Source: Pseudogymnoascus verrucosus (taxonomy: Eukaryota). From it: a DNA stretch of 64,000 bases. Shown piece by piece: positions 12,901 to 26,833 of this stretch (positions within the stretch are counted from its first letter, which is position 1; the number at the start of each line of letters is the position of its first letter). The notes under the pieces are model-generated. The model was not told the DNA's origin and did not search any database. It saw nothing but the letters and a program-made list of their open reading frames with translations. Both the position numbers and the translations under genes were made by a program. Where the stretch lies: assembly GCA_001662655.1 (NCBI GenBank), contig KV460263.1, one strand, 5' to 3'.

Positions 12901-15193
12901 CACTGCGTCGCGCGAGTGCGGCAACTATGAGAGACACCAGAGGCAAGATCCGCGACGAGGAAGAGCCTACCACCCGCACGAGGCAGACGAAGGAGTTTGC
13001 GGAGCAGGGTAAGGTGAAGTGGAACGTCTATAAGGAGTACGCGAAGACAGCCAACCTCGTTGCCGTCGCCATCTACCTGATCACCTTGGTTGGTGCGCAG
13101 ACGGCGCAGGTTGCGGCTAATGTGTGGCTTAAGAACTGGGCAGATTATAACAGCAAGAATGCGGAGAATAGAGATACGGGGATGTATTTGGGTGTCTATT
13201 TCTCGTTTGGTATTGGGTCGGCGTTGCTGGTTGTGGTGCAGACTTTGATCTTGTGGATTTTCTGTTCTATTGAGGTATGTGAAGGGACTGGTCACGATTG
13301 ATGACATCCGAACTACAAGAGTATAGAGCTAACATCATATTTTTACAGGCTTCGAGAAAACTACACGAGAGAATGGCTCATGCCATCTTCCGGTCGCCCA
13401 TGAGCTTCTTTGATACGACCCCCGCTGGTAGAATTCTGAACCGCTTCTCTAGTGACATCTACCGTGTCGATGAGGTGTTGGCGCGGACGTTCAACATGTT
13501 GTTCGTAAATGCTGCTCGTGCCATATTCACACTTGTAGTTATCTCAGCAGCCACCCCCGCTTTCATTGCAGTCATCATCCCGCTTGGTGCCGTGTACATG
13601 TGGGTGCAGCGATACTACCTGCGCACATCGAGAGAACTTAAGCGTCTCGACAGCACCAGTAAGAGTCCCATCTATGCCCACTTCCAGGAGTCCCTCGGAG
13701 GTATTTCAACTATCAGAGCGTATGGTCAGCAAGAGCGCTTCACTATGGAGAACGAGTGGCGCGTGGATGCCAACCTCAGGGCTTACTTCCCCTCCATCAA
13801 CGCAAACAGATGGTTGGCCGTCCGCCTTGAATTCCTCGGCTCCCTTATCATCCTCGGTGCCGCGACTTTCGCGATCATTGCTGTGTCATCTGGAGACGGA
13901 CCAGATGCAGGTCTCGTAGGACTGGCCATGTCGTACGCGCTCCAGATCACACAGTCGCTCAACTGGATCGTGCGTCAGACAGTCGAGGTTGAGACGAACA
14001 TCGTGTCTGTGGAACGCGTGCTCGAGTACGCGAACCTGCCGAGCGAAGCACCAGAGGTCTTCCACAAGAAGCGGGTGCCGATCAGCTGGCCCGCTCAGGG
14101 TGCCGTCGAGTTCGACAACTACAGCACGAGGTACCGCGAGGGCTTGGACCTTGTGCTCAAGAATGTGACCTTGAATATCAAGCCGCACGAGAAGATTGGT
14201 GTTGTCGGACGCACGGGTGCTGGAAAGTCCAGTCTCACCCTTGCGCTCTTCCGCATTATTGAGGCGGCAGAAGGAAATATCAACATTGACGACCTGGACA
14301 CCTCGCAACTTGGACTACTGGACCTGCGAAGGCGTTTGGCTATCATCCCACAGGACGCAGCGCTATTCGAGGGCTCTGTTCGCGACAACCTTGATCCTGG
14401 CGGCGTGCACGACGACACTGAGTTATGGAGCGTATTGGGTAAGTCACATCCTGCCGCTCCCCGTTTTGGTGCTCCCCGCGCGGCCCCGTGAGCCGACGAG
14501 ACGCCCGTTTCTCGTCGGACGATCCGGCGTCGCACAGGTCGCACAAGAGAGGGGTATGTATCGTACGTAACACTTGCTGACGGTAAGACAGACCATGCGC
14601 GACTAAAGGACCATGTCGCCACCATGACTGGCGGCCTTGAAGCCAAGATCCACGAAGGAGGTATGTTTAACCACCCCCCCCATTCCTCCCGTCCCCGTCC
14701 CCATCCCATCCTTCCCAGTCAGTGAATGCACGCGGCCGTCAAATACCGCACTTCACATGCTGTCCGCGGCAGCGCCGCGGCACACCCGCCACCCCCCCTC
14801 CCACCCAAACAATCCTGTGCGACCACCCAGCTAACGCGGAATTCAGGATCGAACCTCTCGCAAGGACAGCGACAACTCATCTCGCTGGCGCGCGCGCTGC
14901 TAACGCCGACTAACATCCTTGTGCTGGACGAGGCGACGGCCGCTGTCGATGTCGAGACCGATGCGCTGCTACAGGCGACGCTGCGAACGACCGAGTTCAG
15001 CAGCCGCACCATCATCACAATCGCGCATCGCATCAACACTATCCTTGACTCGGACCGTATTGTTGTGCTGGAAGGGGGAAGGGTACGCGAGTTCGACGAG
15101 CCTGCTAAGCTGATTGAGCAAAAGGGGCTGTTCTACGAGCTTGTACGCGAGGCGGGGCTACTGGAGACTGCGGAGGGGGCGGCGAGGAAGTGA
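9998..15193 (+). CDS. YCF1: ABCC/MRP vacuolar glutathione-conjugate / metal-resistance transporter Ycf1
   Basis: TMD0 N-terminus ([17 protein letters not shown]). NBD1 GRVGSGKS and LSGGQ, R-domain RRASAAT, NBD2 [13 protein letters not shown] and LDEATA. Introns 10313-10448, 13275-13348, 14439-14591 and 14661-14846 restore one frame. Confidence 0.93.
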
Positions 15194-15339
15194 GGGGTGT
15201 GTAGTGCTAGTGTAGTACAGGAGAAATATTCGGGGAATTAGAAGATAGGAGAGAATATCTTGCATTGATCGCCGATTCGGCGTGGGGGCGGGAGAAGAGG
15301 ACAGGGCGGGAGCGTGTGTAAATAATACGAGAAATTGGA

Positions 15340-15790
15340 TATCAGAAATGCAGGAGATAAAAAGTAGGGAAGGAATAGAAAGAATAACCAACCATCTCGT
15401 TGCGCTTTGTGATTCCCAACAGCATCAGCTCGTACGAAGACATCGGCGGCATACCTTGGATCGAGAGATCGAGGAGAATTACCATTCCCACCAACATATT
15501 TGGATATAAGAAATGCAGAAGATAAAAACGCATCGAAGAAATATCAACAATACCCAACCATCTCGTAATACTCCATCGCTTCCAACAGCATCGGGCCGGA
15601 TCGCACGAGCCTAAGATGCCATACCGCGTCGAACAGTGCCTCTAATACCGATCTCTAACTCTGGAAATCATAAAATGCAGAAGATAAAAACGCACAGAAG
15701 AAAATATAAACACCATCACCCAACCATCCCATGACACTCCATCGCATCCAGCAGCATCAGCTCGCACGAGCCCGAGACAATCCTGCCGCG
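15340..15790. repeat. Three degenerate ~165-bp tandem units downstream of YCF1
   Basis: AAATGCAG(G/A)AGATAAAAA..CCAACCATC..CA(A/G)CAGCATC..CG(T/C)ACGA recurs at ~15343, ~15510 and ~15673. Confidence 0.85.
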
Positions 15791-16233
15791 ACACGCAATT
15801 CCCACCACTCCCATCTCCCTCCCCATAACATACCTCCCTCCCCCCGCCCCCTTACTTCCCCCCATCCCCTCCACCACCCAACCACACCACCACCCCATAC
15901 ACCAAAAAGCGCTTAACCCCCAACCCGATCACGCACCCTCAGGACCCAAATAGAAACCCCGATCTCCACCCCCCCTGCACTCTCCGATCCAACGTCCCAC
16001 CACCCCCTTACGTCCTGCACGCCGCCGCTTCGGTGACTGAGAGGCCCGATGCGATGGCGAGTGCAGCGAGGCATGCACGTGTGGAGGGAGTGCCGTGGGC
16101 AGACTATTGAAAGGGGATGGAGATGCCGGCAACCTTGCGCGCATCATGCGAGGGGGAAGGGGGGGAGGGAGGAGATGATGCGGGATTCCTGGGGGAGATC
16201 AGGTGTGGTGCGAGGGGAGGCGAGGCGAGGCAT

Positions 16234-16598
16234 GGAGATCATGCAGGTGGACTGGGGGAGATTAAGCATGTCGCTTGCGAGATCAGGTTGTGAGAGGCTT
16301 GGAGATCATGTAAGTGGCCTGGGGGAGATCAGCAAGTCGCTCTGGGCGAGAGCAGGTTGGTAAGAGACTGGAGATCATGCAGGAGGCTTGGGGGGGGGGA
16401 GCAGGTTGGTAAGTGAGAGGCATGAAAATCATGCAGGAGGTTTGGGGGAAATCAGGTTGGTGAGAGACATGGAGATAACGCAAGAGGCCTAGATGAAATC
16501 AGGTTGTGGACGACATGGAGATCATGCAAGAGGCTTGGGAAAAATCAGGTTCGCGAGAGACATTGGAGATCATGCAGCAAGCAGTCTGAGAAAGATCA
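16234..16598. repeat. Degenerate ~50-bp minisatellite (~7 units)
   Basis: Approximate consensus GGAGATCATGCAGGAGGCTTGGGGGAAATCAGGTTGGTGAGAGACAT repeated with variation. Confidence 0.85.
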
Positions 16599-19500
16599 GA
16601 TTAGTGTCTGCGGGTAGGTCTGGTTCCGTTCAATGGCGCAAGTGGATGGTGGGGTGAGCCTGCATTTGGCACTGGAGACACAGTCGCTGGAATGGATAGG
16701 CAAACTGGTGGGAGTCCAGCTGGGATACTAGAATGGGGACTCAGACAGTAGGGAGTCGGAAGGCCAGGTAGCCTGTCAAGCTCAGAGACATGAACACTAC
16801 TGACTCGCCCTAGCAGCGCACATCAATAGTCCCCCTCTCCTGACTCTCGCGGAAGCACGGAGGCTCTTGCGCTTGCCGCCCACCTCCCGCCGCGCCGAGA
16901 CCTTACATCACCCCCATCTCATCGGCCTTGGTCTCGCCCGCGGATTACGGCTCGCCGGGCACTCGCCGGGACAAGCATGCCGGTGAGGGATGCGCGCTGT
17001 TCGTGCAGTGCGCGACCCACCACTCATCCACTTCCCGATACGCTACCGGTACGCTACCGGATTTGCGTGCCTAGTCTGTCAGCGAGGAATTGACATCGGG
17101 ACTAGCGACCGAGTACTAGCTTGGGCGGGGGATGCTTGGTGCTCGATCTGGAGATTTAGGCATTGCTTGGATGCGCTAGGATATTTGTAGTACTTTATAG
17201 CGAGTTGGGAGGAGCTAGGATAAGGGAGGGATACGGCAATACCGGGGAAATATTGAGGATGCAGAGGAGTGGGATAGGCTTGATGGGGATGATGGTGTAC
17301 TAAAATGGATCCGGGGACGGTCAACATCGGCGACGACGACAACGACTACGATAGCACCAACGGCAGGAACATCCAACATGCTTTCCCCACCGGTTCTAAT
17401 CCTCGAGGAGTTGGATGCGCTGTCTGTGGCACGGCACTGTCTACGTTCGTACATACATACACGCTTATGCGCCACATGCACACCGCTGTCAAGCCAACTT
17501 TCAATTCAATACAGCGTAAGACAGAGCGAATATCGCTTTCACCCTCGACCCAGAGCCGTGGTCGAGGCCTGCCACTTCCCTGTCCGACTCTTGCCGTTTT
17601 CATTTATTCTGCGGCATGTGGCGGTATTTGTATCGGCGGTCACGAACGGCACTGTGCGAACTAGCTAAGAAAAGGTTGATCGCCGCTGCAAGGAGAGCTC
17701 AGCGCGCGCAAGGCTGCGGCATGCGCATCGCCTCTGCCATATCTGCCGTATCTGGCATACGCTGCAGTTGGAGCGTCTACAGTGGTGGTGAAGCAAGGCA
17801 AGGTCGTGGCGCGGCACGTAGGCAAGGACTGAGAGGGCAGCTGGGCTACTTGTAGGTGGCTGCGTGAAAGCGGAGATGACCGTCGGGGATGCACCAGCGG
17901 GTTCCTACAGCGATCTCCACTTCAGCCTACTTACACTATCTTGCCCTAACCAGCTCCTTGCCTCTTGCAATCAAGGCAGGGCGAGACAAGGCGGGCCAAG
18001 GCAAGGAAATAGAGCATAAGCTCCTTCAATAGTTCAGCGCTGTAGCTGACCATCGCGCCGCAGATCGAACTGGTCCGCATTAGGTCCGCATTCAGTCAGC
18101 TTGCCCATCAATACATACCCGTTCTCCTGCAAGCGCCATGTAAGGAGGTCGCTAGTTGACGTCAAGCCTCCTATTGTCCCGTGGCCTTCGCCCAAATCGA
18201 CCACGCCTGGCCCCTTCCGTATCGGGCTCGAGCCAGTATTGTAAAGGAAAGGCGTTGGCGCGATGTCTCAGATACCGGGTTTCTCCCTTCTTTGTTTCTA
18301 TTCCCGTTTTGGTTTGCGGGGGATTGAGACATTGATTGGGATGAGACACGGCTGTGCAAAAGATGGGATGGAGATAGGGTACGCAAACCACTGCGGCAGC
18401 GTCGACATTACTCGTCCTAGGGCGGCGGGGGAGAAACATAGTGGGCTCGCCAATCGGGCTTCAACCGTCGCCGCCGCCGTCGTCGCTGTCTTAAACGTCT
18501 TGAATGGCGACCGAGTCCTGTCTAGGACATAAAACCACACGGCAGAATGCTGTGTACACCCACCTCGCTCTCGGCACTGGTTTGATCGGCTGTCTCATCC
18601 CATCATATCCCACCGTCCCCTCCCTCCAATCCCCTTGTGAGCCCTTTCGGACCCGACGTCGTATCGCCTAACCAACATCACCGTCCTGATGTTGCTCGCA
18701 TACGTTTCTGAGCACGGGACTCACAATTGGGCTTGCTGTTCGCTGCTCTCAGTCTCTCTCTGACCGTCTCTCAACATCCCAAAGCCATGGCACGCCGTGC
18801 TTAGCTGCAGGAAATCGCACCATTCAGCGCTCGTCGTTGCGGCTGTATTAAGCCAGCTCTGCAGCGCGCTCGATTGGGGTGACCGGTTGGTTGGATCTAT
18901 TGACCTGTGTCCCTATTAGGCTTGATGGAACGATAGGAAATGCAGCTATACTATACGGGTGCTTTGGTAAGCACACTGAACCGAGCTGTGCACACGGCAC
19001 TATACGGCACTGTACGGGCACTCAGTTCTGCATAAGGGCTGTGCTGTGCAAGTGCCGCGGCGGCCCTGCATAGGATATGTGGACATAAAAGTACTTATGT
19101 ATGCATCCGCGACGGCAGCAGGGGGGAGGGAGGGAGAGACATGAAGCAAACATCGGGGACTTTGGCGGATCTCCCCCCAGCCCCCAGGACGCCCTCTCCT
19201 CCCTGGAGCGATCAGGGGTGCATGGAGTAGTACTTTCTTCACAGATGCAGCGAGTGAGTGAGTGAGAACTATGCTGTGGTGTGTGAAGTAATACTTGCTT
19301 ACTCGAATCACTCGCCACACAGAGAACCATATCACATCACACTGCGTAACTTACAGTTACATCGCGCCTCTGCCACTTCAGCATCACAACACCCACAAAA
19401 CAGCACCACCCCAACCGCCTCAGCCGCCTCCTCGCCAAACGCGCCCTGATAAGGAATGTAAGCCACCGTCATCCTAATCTCCGCGTCACCGTCCCCCCGC

Positions 19501-20542
19501 GAGGCTACCCCCCATCTCCCCGCGTCAGACAACTCCTCGGGCATTGTATGAGCGACGAGCGATGCTAGCCTCATCCGTTTAGTCCTGTCTCGAGCAGCCC
19601 ATACCTCCACCAACATCATAGACCAGAACGGCACCACACATGATTGGCAAAACCCAAACCCAGATCCTGCCCCCATCTACATCTCATCCCATCTCTTGCT
19701 ATGCGTTGACTGGCCAGCCTTCGACGGCACTCGCCATGTCCAACAGCGGCACTGGCTTGCTATATCTCGCGCTCGCACTCCACGGCACGGCATTGGCGAG
19801 GGCACAGCGGGGATGGGCACGGAACGGGCTAGCATATCGAGCCGAACCGATCGGGCGGGTTTTGAGTTTTGCGATCGCTCAGCTGATGAGGGTGGGTGGT
19901 TGATCGTGCCGCCCGCTTTGTGGCCGGGTGTCGTTAGGTGTGTTTGTGGTGTGGAGGGGGTCGTGTTGGAACCAGATGGAGAGGGGAAGGAAGGGGGGGA
20001 GGTGCGGGGTTTGAAAGGTAGTGGAGGGGGAGTTTGAAGGGGGAGAGGGATTGGAGGGATCAGGGTGTTTGGAGTGTGGCTCGACACAGCCTGGCCAAGG
20101 AGGATGGTTACCACTCTACAGCCTTACTAGATTACCATATTTCCGCACCACTGTAGTCAATCGTAGATTCGCTACTTTGCGGGAGATCGGGCATAGTCTA
20201 GGAGGGAGAGGGGGATGCGCGCAAGGACACGAAGATCTCCTGCGTTTTGGGTTCGGTAGCGCTACAGCGCGCTTTAACTCGGCGAGAATCTCTAGAGTTG
20301 GATAGCATAGCACAGTAACGTCCTGTTGTACCTAGACAGAACCAGATAACCGCGCTCCTATGAACGCATCTCCCTCTCCAGGAATCAGGGACGACGCACT
20401 CATATACTGTATGTTGCCAGAGAACGTATACAGGATTCCAACAATCCGTCTCGCCCGTCGTCCCAGCTCGCAAACACTTCCCCAAACAGGCGTATCCGTC
20501 TCCCTGCCCATTCCCATCCTTCCCATCCAGCTCCCCCCGTCG

Positions 20543-20592
20543 CATCCTCCCCGGCACATCCTCCCCGGCACATCCTCCCCGGCACATCCTCC
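20543..20592. repeat. 14-bp perfect tandem repeat
   Basis: CATCCTCCCCGGCA x3 plus a partial copy. Confidence 0.9.
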
Positions 20593-23500
20593 TCCCACCC
20601 CCCGTCCTTTTCCCAAATCCCAAACTCCCTCAGCGATTTCCTGTACTACCCACGCAACACAGTGCAGCATGAGTCTAGATGACACCACGGATGCCCTGCC
20701 GGGCCCCGGGTGATCTCCAATGCATCAAACATACTCACTCACACCCTTGTACGGGGAAAGGCTGCCTGCATCCGCGGTAGCGCCTTGGCATGTTATTTCA
20801 GTGAATGTGGGGATTATTTGTAGCTGGGGTAGGGGGGTAGCGGGATGTGGAGAGGGAGCTGTCTGGATCGTTTCGGGATGTGGCGTGTGTGGGGGGACTG
20901 TGGCTTGTTGGTGGAGGGAGGTTAGTGAACGGTGCACGGTTAGTGGACGGTGGTGAACGGTGCACGGTGTTCTGTTTGGTCCGTTAGTTTGCGAGAGGAG
21001 AGCAAGGTGAGGGACAGTACATACAGTATTGAAATGGCGGTATCAGGAGGGTATTGGTAAGGATCGCAACTGCGAAACAATGGAAATATTGGCTGAGGAC
21101 GGGTCGGAGGAGATGCCTCTCTTCGTACAGTTACCACTCCCAATTCAAGCCTCATAGCCTTCTAGAGCAGAACTTCCCGTCTACGACCGCGGCGGCCATA
21201 AAGCCACGCCGGCCGAGCGTGGCTCCAACGTCGTACAGGAAACAATAGTAGAACAGAACAGTATTCCTTCTTCGTCCTTTCCTTCGTCCTCCTCATCCCT
21301 TCCCTCCCCCGCGTCCGCCTCCGCGCGTGATTGGCGCGAATCCCCCAATCCTCATTCTCGAACACACACACAAACAGCCACAGATGCGCCGCGCTGCATT
21401 TGACGTCGTCGCAGGCCTCCTCGGCACTGGCTAGACGGTCGGCCGTCAACGCGCCACACAGCGAATGCGATCGTGTGGCGTCAATCCAGCTGCAGCCAAC
21501 ATGGGGATGCACAGGATGCACACACAGACTGGCCGCTCACTCGTCCGTGGGGCATGCAAGCACAACGTGGACCATGGAGCCGGTAAGTGGGCGCGCTGGA
21601 GCCAGCGACGAGGGCAGTGAATGAGTGGATTGGGGGGCTTATGCAGTGAGGTGAGACTGTGGGACTTTGCGTTACAAGACTGGCGACGTGCAGTGTCGTC
21701 CACTACTTGATGTGCGTGATGCTAGTGATGTACATCACTGAGATGGGCACTTTCTTTTGCCTGTGTGTGGTGGATGGTAGGCTAGAGAGGCGATGTCTCA
21801 CCGGCGACTGGGCTGGACTCTGCGCTGGAGGGTACAGAGGAACTGCACTGTCATGACTGAGCATCGGAGAGGGTCCCGCGGCGATCGGCTGTCTTTGCGC
21901 TCCAGGGAACACGACTCGCCGACGGCATGCTATAGACATATAGTAGGCAATAATGTAGACATGCTGAAGAAACAGCACTCTATCTGTATCTGCCCTGTTT
22001 TGGGTATGTGGAGTTCGCGCGGGGTTTCGAGTATCGAGTGTCGAGACTCAATCTAGCACATCGCAATGCATAATGCCAGTCCCGACGGCATCGTGTTTGC
22101 GGTGTCCTAGTATATGCATAGCAATGCCTAAAACAATTATCGACTTCCTGTACGTACTGTACATCTTTGCCGTGGCTCTTAGAAACTCATCCCCATCCAG
22201 CGCATCCCTCCCTGTCGCTCACTATTCGGGCAGTATTCGCGCATGAGAACCACTCAATCCTCGTCCTCGCACCTCGTTTATGCGTTAACCACATTTCCGG
22301 GAGCGGGCAAGAGAGAGTATCCCAGGTGTTTCTCAAGCCCATCGTCCATCACCGCTTCTCGACCGAGAAATGGGTTCCATGTAGAATCTCCCTGTAAGAA
22401 CCTCCCTGTCCAGGTTCGGTTCGGGCGCGTCGCACAGTATAACTGGGTCGTGATATAGGTATGGGTGCGCTATCGCCGGCTCCACGCACTGCCCACTCGA
22501 AGGCTTGATCAGCGGAGGGCACACAGGGAACGGAAACCGTGACGGGGAGATGGCATACGCGGGGCGATCCTGCACCTATCCTTTCATTCAGCCCCAGCCG
22601 TGGACAATGTGAGATTGCAGGGAGCTGGAGGGGGTTTCGGCGAGCATGCAAACAGCATTCAGCTCCCCCTTTCCTTGCCTGTATAGCGTATTGTGCGTGT
22701 GAACCTTACCTCTCCCCCTGACGGGGGTTGCTGTATTGACATTGATTGGGAACTACTCGACATCATCGGGTGCAAGAAGGCCCAGTCCGTCGCGCATTCA
22801 TTTTGAATGTCTTTACCCTCCCGCTGTAGCTACCCTCAGCACAGCCTATAGACCCCTCAATGACAAACACCCCCATATCGCGTGTTTTATCCCCCCCAAC
22901 GGATGGCGATATCACCATCCATCGCCACCATGTGCCCTCCCCTCTCGCAATGAATACCCCGTCCATCAGCACCTCTCATGCCTTTACATCCCCTTAGCAC
23001 GCCAACGCAGGACCGCCTGCCACCATCCATCGCATGCCTACGCCAACGTCACATCGCCGCTCCCGAGTCCGCGGTCCCCGCCTCCCTGCCCGCTGCAAAC
23101 ACCGCTTCAGGCCCCCGGTCTGTCGCTGGCCGCTCGACGCCTGGAGCCCTGTACATAGTACTCGAGGTGCATTCCTCGGGCGCTGGTCCCAGAACAAGCC
23201 GGGCTGGACTGGGGGGGAGTGGTGGTGGTGCTTCTTGTTGTTGGTTGCTGGTTCTGTTTGGGCCATGGGCCTTAGAATGAGAATGTCTAGGTTGGTCTGG
23301 AGCGCGATCACTGTGACATGCTTTGTAAGGCGTACTCGAAGTCCATATCGAAGTCCAGATCCGTAGGCAGTCACACCGTCGTCATAGCAGAGTGACGATG
23401 TAACTCACGGGACCTTCATTCATCATCGATTCCCCATTCCAGAAACAGCGCCGTTCCGTACGTACTGAACAGATACACTGACCCAGCAACCAGACAAACC

Positions 23501-25015
23501 TTCTTTCTGGATATCTTACGCAAAATCTGAGAATCGATTAAGCCTAAACCCGACGCCTACGCGCCTACCCGGCGGGCGGCCTATCGATCGAGCCAAGGTC
23601 CAAGACCGTCGACCGATAGTTGTCAATATCGAAACTCGTATTCTGGCTCCTGCCACAGAAACAGAGAAAGTACATCTTACATCGCCGCTAATCGCGGCCG
23701 ATCGCCCTTGCCCCAACATCCATCCCTACCCTCCCCCCACTACAGCCCCCCCACCACTTCGCCCCTCCCATCCCGCTCCCCCCTTACCCCTTCCGTCCTC
23801 GCCCACAGCTCTACAAACAGAGTACACTAGTTCGAACGCCTCCCCCCGGAGGAAACTACCATTAGAGTGCATACATACGCTGCATACATACGCAGCCCAG
23901 TCCTGAAAGCACGATGCTACTTTGGTTATCACTCCTCCTCCCCTCTCCCCCTTCGCTCACCCCTGCGCACGTCTCTCGGGGTACATCCCGATCCCCCCCT
24001 CGGACGACCCACTCTCTTTACCAAGGGTGGCGCCCTCTCTCTTTTTGATCTGAGACCGGTACCCGCGTCTATACTCTTCGCGCTCACGACTGCATGTCCT
24101 TGTTTGTTACTAGCATTGGCGCGGCGGGCGAGTCTTAGGGGGTGGATTAGATCTAGGAGGGATGGTGACGACTGGGGGTAGGGTAGGGGGAGGGGGGGTC
24201 TGGGATAGTACAGGTTTTTTATATATAGGTCCTCCTCCTTCCTCGTTGGGGAGGATGAATGAATGTGAGAAACAGGCAACGAAGATTTCTCGGTTTATAC
24301 TTTACTATATTATACAACGGTGGCTTTACTCTTTTATTGTTCGACAACAGACAGGCATCTATAATTACGGAAGATACGTTTATAAGGCAGACACGACAGA
24401 TATATACGAAAACACACAAAGATCAGTGCAAGGGTTCTTCGAGCGAAATACAATCATCCTCGCTACTTCGCTCATCACTGCTATTCGCAGCCTTGCTTTT
24501 GCAAGTAAGTTGTTGAGGCCCAAGGCTGGCTGGGCCGGCATTCTCATCTCCCGGCATACCGTTTCTAACATTCCGTCAGATTCGCTCCCATCAAACCACC
24601 GACTTCATCCAGCCTCGTGCTCAACTCTAAAAGACGACGGGAGACCGGTTGAGATTCCTCATCACCTCGCTATACTGTACGGATCCCTACCTACCCCTCC
24701 AAACTAAACCCGCGGCAGCCGCCGTGGCCCCAAGCACAACGCTGTGCAACATCGAAATCACACCAGCATCGTCCAAATACTAACATCACCATGCAGTGCA
24801 CAGCTCGAGCTCCGCCTTACCAGTGCATGATTCGCTGCCTTCCAACCTGCACCACACACTCTCCGCCTTATCTGCACACTGCGTGCAGGCACCCCGCCGA
24901 GAACAGCAACCACCAGGTCAGCTATTAGGCACGGCGAGCCCCAGCGACCCCGCATCCTTCTCTCTCCTTCGCATCGTCTCTCAGCCCGCGCTGCTGACTT
25001 TGAGACGACGACGAA

Positions 25016-26833
25016 ATGGTCACCGTTCCAAGCTTCGATCGTGTGAACTGGTCGAGTGAGACCGAGCGGAAACCCGAAATCCAGTCCAGCACAATGGGCA
25101 ATTACTTTGAAGAAACGCGCACTGTGGCCGAGCAGCCACCGAGGAATATGGTAAGCATCACGGACGTCTAACTAGACAATGGACCAAGTCTAACGTGCTA
25201 CAGCCCATCAATACCGCACTGAATGAGTACTGCGGTATCGAATCCACCGCCTATGCCCTCGCTGTGATCCGTCCAGACGGATCAATCGCTACTTTCATGT
25301 CCGACGAGGTGAAGACGGATCCCAAATACCTCTTCACACCTGCCTTCAAAAACGAGTTCCTCGTTGCTTCAGGCCACGCGCCATTGTGTACGTCCCATCC
25401 ACCCAACTTCACTATCAACACTAACTTAGCGCCCCAGATCCAGAGATCGGAGATTCCATTTTCAAGCGTGAATGTGATGCACAGATGGCATGCGTAGAAG
25501 TCGATTACCGCACCGCCCGCTACAACGTCAGAGAATTTGGTGGCTCCTCGTACCGCAAGCGCACCCCTCCCCGCTCCCACAACGCCTACGATGATGATTC
25601 ATCCGACTCCTCCATGAGCCCCGGGTCTCGCAAGCGCCTCCGTGCTACTGGTACTCGCTCCCGCGACCGCGCCATCCCTACCCTTCCCACCCGCACAATC
25701 TCCATCGGCGACGACGCCGCCCGCGATGATGTCTACCGCCAGTGCCTCAAGGATATGCAGCAGAATGGGTGCAAGGTCCTGGGCAAGGCATGGGTCAAGC
25801 TCCTAGAGCCAAAGAAGCAGTCTACGTACCCATACACGAAGGGTGCATCGAAGAGGCCTCCGTGGTGGCCCGCAATGACGGGACCAAACAAGATTAGGCA
25901 TAAGGAGCCAGATCACTTGCACAAGCGCGGTATGTTACCCCTTCTCGGATTTGAAATGGACTCAAACTGATATAATATCTAGAGCGAATCATCCTTCTCA
26001 TGCACATCCTCGGCCTCGTCGTAAACCAAGATTCCAAGAGCCAGGCCCGCCTACGCGGCGTCACCGTCGCAAAGCTTGAAGAAGTCACCCGCGAAGCCAT
26101 GGCCACCTGGTTCGCCGACCGCGAGAAGCCCAAGAACGCCGAGAAGCGCGGCTTCCTCACCCAGCTTTTCCGCGTCCTCTACAATGAAGAACGCTACCGC
26201 CGCGGCGAGCTCGATGGCTCCGCAACAGTCTCCGTCAACGATGGCGCCGGAACCACAGACGACGACGATGATGACGAGGACTCTGACCCATCCCCACAGC
26301 ACCGCGAAGCCCACACCATCTCACCATTCCTCCCCACCCCATCGTCCTCGCTCTCCCCATCGCACCCAATCTCCTCTACCGCTGCAGCGGAAATGCAAGA
26401 CTACTACCCACCCCGCCTCCCCCTCCGCTCCACCTACATTCCCACCACCCCCGACACCACCACCGGTGACGACTACGCAGACGCCCCTTACCCAATCCAC
26501 CACCACAACGGCCTCACCCACAACCCACACCCGCAACAACCACCGTCCTACCCAACCCGCGCCTGGCCCGCACAGGAAATCAACATCTACACAGGCGGCT
26601 CTCCATGGCCCACTCCCCCAGCCGCGGCATCGGGACCAATGCAGCACTACCCCTTCGGGATGTCCACCTCCTCGCCACCTCAGCAGGGGTCGTTTGGTAT
26701 GCCTACCGCTACCTCATCGCCGCCCCAACAACAGGGACAAGGCGCGGTATTCCTGCCTCCACCAATGGCACCGGCATACGAGGATGTGAATGGTGCGAGG
26801 GGTAGCTTCGATGGGGGATGGGAAGTCATCTGA
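25016..26833 (+). CDS. DUF2841 (YDR124W-like) helical-bundle protein with Pro-rich C-terminus
   Basis: ATG at 25016 (alternative in-frame ATG 25094). Introns 25151-25203, 25388-25437 and 25930-25983. Core sequence MQQNGCKVLGKAWVKLLEPKKQSTYPY..RPPWWP..RHKEPDHLHKRERIILLMHIL. Confidence 0.85.

Noticed and set aside
16234..16598. CRISPR-like repeat-spacer appearance
   Set aside because: Eukaryotic DNA, degenerate repeats, linkers related to each other, and no cas genes.
17305..17664. 119-aa ATG-initiated ORF with a CxxC..H..H pattern
   Set aside because: Spacing and context do not convincingly fit a C2H2 finger, and there is no supporting exon structure.
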